Positions 47,939 through 58,300 of a stretch of DNA of 64,000 nucleotides are shown here, piece by piece. Made by a program: the position numbers and the translations under genes. Location of the stretch: the IMG/VR virus record IMGVR_UViG_3300027704_000015, positions 15,963 through 79,962 of that record; one strand, written 5' to 3'. Under the pieces are notes generated by a model that searched no databases, was not told the DNA's origin, and saw nothing but the letters and a program-made list of their open reading frames with translations. Source of the DNA: a virus. Numbering within the stretch: the stretch's first letter is position 1; each line of letters opens with the position of its first letter.

Positions 47939-49370
47939 TAAAGCTAAGTTTTATAATCCGGTTGGTCCTCAGACACCGGTAACACCTCAAGATCTAGAGC
48001 ATTCAGCTAATCTTCGCATTACTGAAATCAATACTGAGCCTGCAGAGGTAGTCGATATTATACTTAATGTTGATCACCCTCATTACGATAGCTCAATACC
48101 TGATCCAGAGGAACAATTTGGTATGATACAGATTAGACGTATCCATACTGATCAAAATTTAATTGATATTGAAAACCTACCGTGGGCAGTACCTCTTACT
48201 AGAAATGTAAAGCAATACCCAGTTATACATGAAATTGTACTTATTACATCTCATGTATCAAAGCTAAGTGTAAACAATGTTGATATTGAACAATTGTATT
48301 ATCATGACATACTAAATCTATGGGGATCCGTTCACCATAATTCAATACCCTTCCTTAGTATACCTGATCCATCAGCTGATGATGAAATGGCATCTAAAAT
48401 TGAAGAGTATAAAGAAGCTGGTTTCGGTAATCCTAATATAGCTGGAGATGAGGGTGGTGATATTGAATTAGGTGAAACATTTAAAGAGCAGCCAAAAATA
48501 CGACCTATACAACCTTATGAAGGTGATCTGACGCTTGAGGGAAGGTTTGGTCAATCAATACGATTTGGTTCCGCAGTTAAAGCAACAAGCGGTCCTGAAA
48601 ATATATGGTCTGACCCATCAACTGATGATCCAGCTGAACCAATATTAATCATACGTAACGGTCAAGATCAGGATCTCGAGGATGGTGGAGAGCATGTTGT
48701 TGAAGCACCTGATCTTGAAGCATCTTCTATTTGGTTGACTCGAGGTCAAACATTACCATTAACATTTGGTTCTACTAAGTATGATGCATTATCATTCGAA
48801 GCAGGGGAGAATACAGTAGGTGAAGATCTTACTGCACCAACTACAGATGATCTAATAGATGGAGAGGGAGAGCGACAAGGTCAGATATTATTAACATCTA
48901 ATCGTTTAGTATTTAATAGCCGTGAGGCTGGTACATATATTTTTGGAGGAGGTGGTATCGGGCTAACAACTGAAACAGATATGACGCTGGATGCAGGTAG
49001 TGAACTCTTAGTTGATACACCATCAATATACTTAAACGCAACAGAAAAGCTTGAGATAGAAGCACCACTTATTTATCTTGGTAAATCTCAACAATCAGAG
49101 GACGATGGTGGTGTCGGAGCTACTCAAGCTACTAAAGGTCACCCTCTAGTCTTAGGTGATGAGGATGATTTATGGAAAAGTACTTTATGTGATATTATTG
49201 ACGCAATGTTAACAACACTTCAAGGAGAGATACATCCAACACCGGTAGGTCCATCGGGACCACCTATACAAGCTCCACAATATGCATCACAACAAGCAGA
49301 TATAGCAACTTTAAAAGCATCACTAGCAACTAGCTATAGTGATACTGTATGGGTGCAAAGAAACGGATAA
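47913..49370 (+). CDS. Baseplate hub/central spike (gp5/VgrG-like)
   Basis: OB-like N-terminus; EGRFGQSIRFGS; beta-helix-like repeats; C-terminal HPTPVGPSGPP; upstream of gp25. Confidence 0.6.
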   Translation: MGYKKIRNNKAKFYNPVGPQTPVTPQDLEHSANLRITEINTEPAEVVDIILNVDHPHYDSSIPDPEEQFGMIQIRRIHTDQNLIDIENLPWAVPLTRNVKQYPVIHEIVLITSHVSKLSVNNVDIEQLYYHDILNLWGSVHHNSIPFLSIPDPSADDEMASKIEEYKEAGFGNPNIAGDEGGDIELGETFKEQPKIRPIQPYEGDLTLEGRFGQSIRFGSAVKATSGPENIWSDPSTDDPAEPILIIRNGQDQDLEDGGEHVVEAPDLEASSIWLTRGQTLPLTFGSTKYDALSFEAGENTVGEDLTAPTTDDLIDGEGERQGQILLTSNRLVFNSREAGTYIFGGGGIGLTTETDMTLDAGSELLVDTPSIYLNATEKLEIEAPLIYLGKSQQSEDDGGVGATQATKGHPLVLGDEDDLWKSTLCDIIDAMLTTLQGEIHPTPVGPSGPPIQAPQYASQQADIATLKASLATSYSDTVWVQRNG

Positions 49371-49382
49371 CAGAGGATAATT

Positions 49383-49982
49383 ATGCCAGCATTATGGCCA
49401 GGATTTACAGCAGCAATGAACCCATGGTTTTGTGGAGACGCAGAAGGTGGTGAGGAGTGGGAAGAAGCAGGAGCTCCTACAGCTAAGAAGATTACTGATG
49501 AGTATGAGTTAGCTATTACTGGACTAGCAGCTATTACTGTATCACAAGGTACTTTATTGAGTGGTTGGCAAAAATCGATTATGGAGGATGGTTGGAAAGC
49601 CTCATTTAAACTAGCATTTGACTCAGCAGGTATACCACCCGAGGGTATAGATCCTCAGGTGCCTAATTGGATACCAGCAGCTACAGGTACAGTAAACGCC
49701 TGGATGGGAGCACAATTTAACCCGATGCCACCACATATTCCTGCAGCAGCACCAGTACCTGGGCTGAATCCTACAGTTAATAATCCAGGTACTGCAGGTT
49801 TAATGGCACTTGCATCAACCATTAATGATGCATTCCATAGCAATCAATGCGGAGCAATAGCTGGCATACTTGTAGGAGGGTTTATACAGCATTTAACTCT
49901 AGTTGGTGGAATATATAACGGGTTAGTGCCAGCAGTACCAAGTCCTATTCCAACACCTATACCTTTCCTGGGAGTTGCTTAG
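49383..49982 (+). CDS. Pro/Ala/Gly-rich baseplate-associated protein
   Basis: Position after the spike gene. Confidence 0.45.
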   Translation: MPALWPGFTAAMNPWFCGDAEGGEEWEEAGAPTAKKITDEYELAITGLAAITVSQGTLLSGWQKSIMEDGWKASFKLAFDSAGIPPEGIDPQVPNWIPAATGTVNAWMGAQFNPMPPHIPAAAPVPGLNPTVNNPGTAGLMALASTINDAFHSNQCGAIAGILVGGFIQHLTLVGGIYNGLVPAVPSPIPTPIPFLGVA

Positions 49983-50048
49983 GCTTTTTAACCTATAAAT
50001 TAGAATAGGTTATATTTATATATGATAAAGTATATTTAGAGGAGAATT

Positions 50049-50579
50049 ATGTCAACAAACAAATTAGCACAAGTTATAAGAAAAATTGTTCGAGAAGAAG
50101 TTCGTAAAGAGGTACGAAGTCTTTTAAATGAACAGCAAACTAAAAAAGTTATAAGAAAAGCACCTACCACTGGATTAAAAGAGGTATTGGGTCTTGAGCG
50201 ATCGGGCAATCGTAGCACAGTTAAGCGCAAACAAGCAAAGCAGTATACTAAAAATGCTACTTTAAATGCAATACTGAACGAGACAGCAGGAGATATAGCG
50301 AATGGTAATGCATCTAGATTATCACAGCAAGCTGATGACTATCAAACAATGGGTAACGGAGCATTTACTTCTAATAATGCTCATACATTTAATAAAAACT
50401 CTCTAGCTTCTAAAATGGGGTATGGTGGTAACACTCAAACTAGTACTCCAACGTTAGATGAAATGGTACCTAAAACTGATGTGCGAGGTGCATCTACTCG
50501 TAACACTCAAGTAGACGCAGGGGTAGCTAAAGCATTAACAAGGGATTATAGTGAATTAGTAAAAAAGTTTAAAAGGTAA
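50049..50579 (+). CDS. Hypothetical phage protein
   Basis: IRKIVREEV N-terminus; ALTRDYSELVKK C-terminus. Confidence 0.65.
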   Translation: MSTNKLAQVIRKIVREEVRKEVRSLLNEQQTKKVIRKAPTTGLKEVLGLERSGNRSTVKRKQAKQYTKNATLNAILNETAGDIANGNASRLSQQADDYQTMGNGAFTSNNAHTFNKNSLASKMGYGGNTQTSTPTLDEMVPKTDVRGASTRNTQVDAGVAKALTRDYSELVKKFKR

Positions 50580-50582
50580 GGT

Positions 50583-51014
50583 ATGGCACAATTATTTGGT
50601 AGAGATGATATAGCATTAGGTATTAAGCTCCCGTTTGGGGGTGGTCAATCTAATTTTGCTCTCAATTATACTACATTAGATCAAGCAAAAACTGATTTAG
50701 TAAATTTACTCTTAACTCATAAGGGTGAGAGGTATATGCAACCAAATTTTGGCACTAATTTACGTCGATTTTTATTTCAACCTAATACATCAAGAATTGA
50801 AGGAGAAATTAGAAGCGAAATATTAGATACAATTAAATTTTGGCTTCCGTTTATAAATTTAAACAGAATAGATATAATACGAGATATACAGGAAATTAAT
50901 CAATATAGAATAAAGATAGCATTAGAAATGTCAGTGGCAGATGATGTAGCGGAGTTTACTAATGTTACATTTATATTTGATCCATCAGGCGCAGTAATAG
51001 TAGAGAATTTATAG
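50583..51014 (+). CDS. Baseplate wedge protein gp25/GPW-like
   Basis: NLLLTHKGERYMQPNFGTNLRRFLF. Confidence 0.9.
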   Translation: MAQLFGRDDIALGIKLPFGGGQSNFALNYTTLDQAKTDLVNLLLTHKGERYMQPNFGTNLRRFLFQPNTSRIEGEIRSEILDTIKFWLPFINLNRIDIIRDIQEINQYRIKIALEMSVADDVAEFTNVTFIFDPSGAVIVENL

Positions 51015-51021
51015 GATAATT

Positions 51022-52908
51022 ATGTCAAACGTAAACGAAAAAATATCAAAAGATATAAAATATATTGGTAAAGATTTTCCATCATTAAGAAAAAATCTTG
51101 TAGATTTTGCTAGAACCTACTACCCAACTACCTTTAACGATTTTAATGAATCATCCCCTGGTATGATGTTTCTTGAGACAACAGCTTACGTTGGTGATGT
51201 ATTAAGTTTCTACCTTGATAAGCAATTTAAGGAATCACTACTACCATACGCATCAGAGAAAAAAAATATTATATTGCTAGCTCAAGCTCTAGGCTATAAA
51301 CCTAAACAATCAGTAGCTGCAATAGTTGATGTAGATATATACCAAACAGTTCCATCCATCGGTTCAGGGAATAATAATCGACCAGATTTTAGGTACTGTT
51401 TAGCAGTAGAGGGTGGTATGCGAGTAAAGTCAACTTCCGGTACTTCATTTAGAAGAGACGCTCCAGTCGATTTTAGTATTTCTGGATCGAATAACGAAAC
51501 TGATATATCTATATTTACGGTAGACGAAACAACAGGTGAACCTACCTTTTACTTATTGAAAAAGCGAGCATCGTTTCAATCAGGTAATAGGGTGACTCAA
51601 ACAATAAGTGTTGGACCCGCTCAAGCATATCTGCAAATACCTCTAAGTAGAACAAATATTATATCTATAGATAAAGTTACAGATAGTGATGGTAATACCT
51701 GGTCAGAGGTACCCTTTCTCGCTCAAGATACAGTACATAAGCGAATAACAAATAACCAATATAATGACCCGGAGTTGACAGAGTATAATTATGAGACACC
51801 TTACCTCCTTAAGATTAATAAAACCTCTAAGCGATTTACTACTAAGATTCGCGAAGATGGGAAGATGATCTTAGAATTCGGTTCAGGAACATCTACTAAA
51901 CCGGATGAGGAAATTGTACCTAATCCACTAAACGCAGGATCACTATTACCTACTTCTAATAAGATGTCTAGAGAGTTTATTGACCCCAGTAACTTTATGT
52001 TTACAAAGGCATATGGTCAAGCACCTGGTAATACAACTCTAACTATAGAGTATAGTATTGGTAATGGAATGCAAGATAATGTAGTATCAGGTGAGATAAA
52101 TGACATAGATTTTATATCATACTTAAGTGATGGAGCAGGATTAGATGGTACACTGTATACTAATACAGTTAATTCAGTAGCAGCTACTAATCCCAGTCCG
52201 GCTCAAGGTGGTAGAGGTTCTGAAACAGTAGATGAAATACGTAATAATGCATTAGCGCATTTCAATGCTCAAGGACGGGTAGTAAGTAAAGATGATTATA
52301 TGATACGTACTTTAACTATGCCAGCAATATATGGGTCAGTAGCTAAAGTATATACTACACAGGATGAAAAATTAAACAATACTCCAGAATCATCACGATT
52401 AAAAAATCCATTTGCAGTCTGTCTGTATGTATTATCTTATGATCATAATAAGAAACTTACAAAAAGTAACCCTGCTACTAAAGAAAATATAAAAAATTAT
52501 TTGAGTCCCTATAGACTTTTAACTGACTCAATTACGATAAAGAATGCACATATTATAAATATAGGTCTCGATTTTGAGATTATAACGTTACCTGGATTTA
52601 ATAGTAATGATATTCTAATAAAATGTATTGAGAAAATGAAAGCAGTATTTCATATTGATATGTGGCAGATTAATCAACCTATTATTTTAGCTGATTTATA
52701 TACAGACCTTGCATCAATAATGGGTGTACAGAGTATTACCAATATTGAGGTATTTAATTTACATAATGCTCAAGCAGGATACTCTGGTAATATATACGAT
52801 ATACATCAGGCTACAAGAAATCAAGTCGTATATCCATCCCTCGATCCTAGTATATTTGAAATAAAATATCCTAATAGTAATATAAAAGGTCGTGTAACAA
52901 ACATATAA
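51022..52908 (+). CDS. Baseplate wedge subunit (gp6/J-like)
   Basis: KDF..LR..L, DFNESSPGMM, AYVGDVLSFY, GG...ET..EIR, R.V..DDY. Confidence 0.88.
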   Translation: MSNVNEKISKDIKYIGKDFPSLRKNLVDFARTYYPTTFNDFNESSPGMMFLETTAYVGDVLSFYLDKQFKESLLPYASEKKNIILLAQALGYKPKQSVAAIVDVDIYQTVPSIGSGNNNRPDFRYCLAVEGGMRVKSTSGTSFRRDAPVDFSISGSNNETDISIFTVDETTGEPTFYLLKKRASFQSGNRVTQTISVGPAQAYLQIPLSRTNIISIDKVTDSDGNTWSEVPFLAQDTVHKRITNNQYNDPELTEYNYETPYLLKINKTSKRFTTKIREDGKMILEFGSGTSTKPDEEIVPNPLNAGSLLPTSNKMSREFIDPSNFMFTKAYGQAPGNTTLTIEYSIGNGMQDNVVSGEINDIDFISYLSDGAGLDGTLYTNTVNSVAATNPSPAQGGRGSETVDEIRNNALAHFNAQGRVVSKDDYMIRTLTMPAIYGSVAKVYTTQDEKLNNTPESSRLKNPFAVCLYVLSYDHNKKLTKSNPATKENIKNYLSPYRLLTDSITIKNAHIINIGLDFEIITLPGFNSNDILIKCIEKMKAVFHIDMWQINQPIILADLYTDLASIMGVQSITNIEVFNLHNAQAGYSGNIYDIHQATRNQVVYPSLDPSIFEIKYPNSNIKGRVTNI

Positions 52909-52918
52909 GGGCACTAAA

Positions 52919-54031
52919 ATGATAAAGACAATATACGCAGACATAGATGCTACAATGTACGAAAAAACTGGGAGCATGAATACCGGTATAGATAGTATAG
53001 TAGAGCTTAGTAAAGTTTCTTCATCTGCTGGAATATTTACGAGTCGAATGTTAATTAAATTTCCTCTAGATAATATTAGTGCATCTATAGCATCTGGTAA
53101 GATATCTGATCCAACCTTTTTTCTTAACTTATTTCAAACTGATGCATCTGAATTAGCTAGAGAATACACTCTAGCTGCTTACCCAGTCTCTCAGTCATGG
53201 GAAAACGGTACTGGTAGGGCATTAGAGCCAACTAGGCTAAACGGGTATGATAAATTAGGTGTAAGTTGGAAGTATAGAAATAAAAAACATCCTACTATAG
53301 AATACCTAGCCTCAAAGGATATTCAATGGACATCTAGATCATTAGCATCTAATTCTAATATGCTTTACTCTAATGTTACAGGTGGTGGTACATGGTACTC
53401 TAATTATTACGGAACTCAATCATTCAATGGTGAATCGTCAGATATACGTATGAATGTAACCCCGATAATAAACTATATAATGTCAGCAAGTGTACCAAAT
53501 GATGGTATCATAATTATGCGATCAGGGTCTCAAGAGACTGATACTAACCAGTATGGTTCAATTAAATTCTTTTCAAGAGAAACTAATACAGTATATCAAC
53601 CAAAGCTGGAGGTAGTGTATGATGATTCCTCTTTTGATTCAACTGGGTTAACTGAACTACAAAGTGATGAGGGTGTAGTTTATGTTAAAAATTTAAAACA
53701 TGAATATTCTACTAAAGAGTTGCCAAAAATACGCGTGCTAGGTAGAGATAGATACCCGGTAAAAACCTTCTCTACTCAATCTAATTATAAATCTATAAAC
53801 TTTCTACCAACAAGTTCATATTACGGAATTAAAGATGCGCTGACAGATGAATTTGTAGTACCTTATAACAGTAAAGGTACTAAACTAAGTTGTGATTCAA
53901 ATGGAAATTATTTTAACCTTGATATGAGCTCATTCATGCGTGAACGGTATTATAAATTGTGCTTTCAAGTTACACAATCAGATGCATCAGTTGTAGTATA
54001 TGACGAGAACTTTTACTTCAAGGTTAAATAA
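52919..54031 (+). CDS. Virion protein (DNRLRE-like)
   Basis: DATMYE, W..GTG, F.SRET.T.YQPKL. Confidence 0.55.
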   Translation: MIKTIYADIDATMYEKTGSMNTGIDSIVELSKVSSSAGIFTSRMLIKFPLDNISASIASGKISDPTFFLNLFQTDASELAREYTLAAYPVSQSWENGTGRALEPTRLNGYDKLGVSWKYRNKKHPTIEYLASKDIQWTSRSLASNSNMLYSNVTGGGTWYSNYYGTQSFNGESSDIRMNVTPIINYIMSASVPNDGIIIMRSGSQETDTNQYGSIKFFSRETNTVYQPKLEVVYDDSSFDSTGLTELQSDEGVVYVKNLKHEYSTKELPKIRVLGRDRYPVKTFSTQSNYKSINFLPTSSYYGIKDALTDEFVVPYNSKGTKLSCDSNGNYFNLDMSSFMRERYYKLCFQVTQSDASVVVYDENFYFKVK

Positions 54032-55356
54032 TGGCAGCTAACAGATCAAATATAAGCGGTATACAAAGAGCTAGGCAGATTGCTAACCAAGGGCAAACAC
54101 CTTTACAGCAAGCAGCAGTTAATGCTGGAATGACTGTATCTAATCCACCACCTCAACCTGCTACTGATGCATACCTTGCAGGTGTAGCTTTGACTAATAG
54201 TGATTCACCTACTCGTGGGATACTACCTAATAATCAAGGTCCAGCAGGAATGGCAAATGCAGCTATACGTAACGGTGGAGATACAACACCTCCAGTTATA
54301 TTTACAAATGTGTTAGTAGAAAATCCTATTACTAAAACACCTGTTCTAACTGCAATACCTAGACCTAATCCTGAATATCTTAAAGAAATTCCACCACCAC
54401 CTCCAATACCGGATCCTGAAAGACCGCTACCAGACTCTCCAGTTAAGACAGAGGTAGATAAAATTATCGAAGAATCAAATGAGGTTATAAAAGAAGTAGA
54501 GGTTAAGCAAGATCCGCAAAGACCACCAGTTTTAAATGAACAGGATATAGCAACTCCACCAGCACCTATTACACCAACCGAGTTAGTTTTAGAGCTGCAA
54601 TCGAATTGTGAAAAGAATATAACAACACCAACTATTAATATAGTAAACGAGAACAATATAAATATAGATTTACAATCTACTGCAACCTCGAGTATATCAG
54701 CTCCTGTAATTACAATACCTGAATTTAAAAGAGGTTGTACAGATCCAGATGCACTTAATTACGATCCGCTTGCTTTATTAGATGATGGAACCTGTAAATT
54801 TGAACCAGTAGATGAAGGTGAACCCGTTACATTAACCGAACCAGAACCAGAACCTATAGATATACCTGATACAGTTACATTTGTTGATTCACACGGAACT
54901 CCACTGTTTACTGTATTAAAGGAAGAGGTTACTAAAACTGAAAATTCAGGTATTGATGGCTTCGTATTACAAGGTGATGGTGGTAAAGCTACATACGGTG
55001 GAACAGCTCTAGTAGCTGATATAAAATTAGTTGATGATGTAACACGTCCAGCATTAGAGAATAGTGATATTATATTAAGCCTTGAAGATAGTGATATAGC
55101 TGATAGAAAGAATATAAGAGATTCATTAGGAGAGCTAGCTAGTGATTCTAAACTTGCAAGCGATCAAGAAATTGTAATAATTGGCGACAGAGAAAAAATA
55201 AATATACCTATCACTAGAAATGCTGAAGGTATAATATTTTTAGATGAATCAAATACATCTAAATTAAAGGTTAGTTTAAGAAGTAGAGCTTTTAATTTTA
55301 ATCAATATAAGCGTACTATAGATACTTCATTTAGCGAGCTAGTAGGGAAACAGTAA
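54031..55356 (+). CDS. Pro-rich structural-region protein with one GCTD repeat
   Basis: GCTDPDALNYDPLALLDDGTC at 54733-54795. Confidence 0.6.
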   Translation: MAANRSNISGIQRARQIANQGQTPLQQAAVNAGMTVSNPPPQPATDAYLAGVALTNSDSPTRGILPNNQGPAGMANAAIRNGGDTTPPVIFTNVLVENPITKTPVLTAIPRPNPEYLKEIPPPPPIPDPERPLPDSPVKTEVDKIIEESNEVIKEVEVKQDPQRPPVLNEQDIATPPAPITPTELVLELQSNCEKNITTPTINIVNENNINIDLQSTATSSISAPVITIPEFKRGCTDPDALNYDPLALLDDGTCKFEPVDEGEPVTLTEPEPEPIDIPDTVTFVDSHGTPLFTVLKEEVTKTENSGIDGFVLQGDGGKATYGGTALVADIKLVDDVTRPALENSDIILSLEDSDIADRKNIRDSLGELASDSKLASDQEIVIIGDREKINIPITRNAEGIIFLDESNTSKLKVSLRSRAFNFNQYKRTIDTSFSELVGKQ

Positions 55357-58300
55357 TGCCATTAGATAACTACATAAATAACAGTGACATATTAATATCT
55401 GCAGGTGAGTTAAGAGCTCAATACTATGAGGATAATGATCTATCTTTATTAAATCCTATCAATGGTTATATGCAAGACCCGCCATTTGGGACGAGTGATT
55501 TTGATAGAATTGAGATGCATATATATGATCTAAACTCACAGTTATTAAAATCTAACCATAAGGTAGAAGGGTGGTCTCTTTCAACTGATACAGACGGTGC
55601 ACCTCAAATAGACTTAAATATAAATAAAGATCTTAGAGATTTAGGATTAGAGCGTGGTGTATTTTCTGCAGTATATAACTTTCATAGAGATGCAGCTGGA
55701 GCCCCAATGGGTCCTAAGTTTAAAATTAGTAAAATAAGTAAATCAAGAAAGGAGGTAAGATTAGTTGCAACTGATTTATTTGATGAAGATGTAAACGACG
55801 AATTACTCGAAACATTCTACAGCCGATTTCAAAAACTTAAAGTAACTAGTAACGTACAAGCACCTTACAATGTTGCTGCAATACCTAATAACCCCTTATG
55901 GACTAACATTACAGCTAATTTTGGGTTTAACAGAAACTATCAAGTAGTATCTTGGGTAATAGATGATATATTTCCTCTACAAGGTGATCAACCAGAAACT
56001 ATATTACTAAAACTCCTAAACCCACTACCGCTTAATATTACTACAGATCAAATAGGTTGGCTATCTGCAGAAGCTGCTAGACCATCGATAAACCGAATTC
56101 AGTTAGATAGCGGTATAGAAATTTTAGGTACCAATATAGCAGGTCCTAATTTTGATTTATGTCTAGATGAAACTGCTAGACTGCAGACAGGTTATAAGAA
56201 TTATAACGAATTATTAGGAAGTGATTCAGACGTTAAATCTGATCTTATAAATAACTATAGCGGAAGTTTAGATGGAGTTAGGTTAAATATTGATTATAGT
56301 GTTATTGAAAATTTTGTACACTTCTCGTCAGCCGAAGCTAGGGTTAATAATTTTATATATAAATTAAGAAAGATTCGAGGATTTGATACTCAAGCTAGAA
56401 AGTATGATTACAGTGAATACCCTGCAAGTGATATCTACATATATGAGTATACCGGGTCACATGGATCAAAATATGTAAAAAAATATCAAAAGAAGTGGGT
56501 AGATAAAAAAGTAAAATTAATAAACGAGTTTGATGATTTTGAAAAATGGCTGTATTTCGAGAGTGGTTCTAAGTCGAAGTATATTATATCGAGTGGCTCA
56601 AGAGGTGGTGGAACATTAGACTGGTCGAGGTCTGCATTACAACCGTTCCCTAAACTATCAGGTTCATATAAGAACGATTTATGGACAGAAGATTATTTAG
56701 AATGGAACTTAGATCAGATATTTGACTGGGCAGTGCATAGTGTATTTATTCCAGGACCTAATTATGAACTATTAAATCTAACAAGCTCTAAGGTATCAAA
56801 CTGGCAAACAGAGACACTATCATCTGCTAGTCAGTTTGATAAATGGAACCCTAATTTATTACAGAAAACTGTACCTCAATATTTAAGCGATACAGGTAAA
56901 TCCTCCAATGAAACTTACCTAAGGTTTCTTGACTTAGTAGGTCAATCACATGATGTATCCTGGACATATACAAAATATTTTACTCAACTTAATAGTAGAC
57001 TACAGAATAGTAATTTCGAAAATAGAGTAGGACTTTCTGATGATATAGTTTATCATATAGGAAAATCGTATGGTATAAACCTATTGGATGGTGATCCTAA
57101 CCAAGATCTTTGGTATTACAGGTTAGGTCAAGGCGATAATGGACATGTGATTCAAAATAATCCAACTTCATCTATTAAGACGTTAACTTCTAAGCAGAGG
57201 ACTGCAGAGGTGTGGAAGAGGTTAGTCAACAATCTACCATTTTTATTAAAAGCAAAAGGTACTGAAGCTGGAATACGTGGAATACTTAATTGCTACGGTA
57301 TACCTGAGCATATATTACCTATAAATGAGTATGGGTCAAGTAAAAAATCCGAACAAGTTACTAGGTATAAGGAGCATCAATTTAGGTATTGCCTTAACTT
57401 TAATAGTCAATCTATTGCTACTAACTGGGGACCACATGCACAAATGGTTGATGCAGCTAAATCAGTAAGATTTAATGTTGGTGGTTCAGATATAGTAGAA
57501 GCTGTAACCCCAGACGCAGTAGAGTTTAGAGCTTGGCCTAACACCCTACCACAATCTATAAATAATAGAGATGCATCATTTAGTCAATCACTTTGGCAAG
57601 TTAATAATGATATGGGTATAGTGCTGCATAGAAGTCACTCATCTACAAGACGAAGAGATGGGTCAGGTAGAATACAAGGTCTTACTGATTTTGGTCATTT
57701 CGAATTAGTAATGTCTCAATCAAGAGCCTCTAGCACCGCAGCTACAGTCGGTGACGGATACGTTAAGGTTCAAACCGGAAAAGCAAAAATATTTGAATCA
57801 ACTAATAAAAAAGAAGATAATACAGGTTGGTGGACGATTCTTCTTAATAGAAAAGCAAGTACAAATTATCATAGTAGTAGTTTATTTGAATATGAATTAA
57901 CTGCTATGAGAGCTGGTTATGGTGATATAGATCAAACTGTTTCAGCTAGTTTATTTGTAACCGCTAGCTCAAAAGATTCAGATGCAGGATTCTACTCAAG
58001 TTCTATAAATAATGCATGGTCAGGTAGTTTAAATAACTCTACTAGAGCATATTTAGGAGGATTTGTTACATCAAGTAATCCTGATAGTTATAGAGAATCA
58101 ATGAATACTGCATTTGGAGACCCGTTTAACGGATCTTTACAGGAATTGCGTTATTATGCTAACCCTATTAATCAAAAAACTCTTAAAAATCACACACTAG
58201 CTCCTGAGATGTACTCAACCAATACAGGTACAGAGACATTTACTGAATTGCTGTTACAATTAAAGCTAGATACTAAAATTAATCACTGGTCAGGTAGTGC

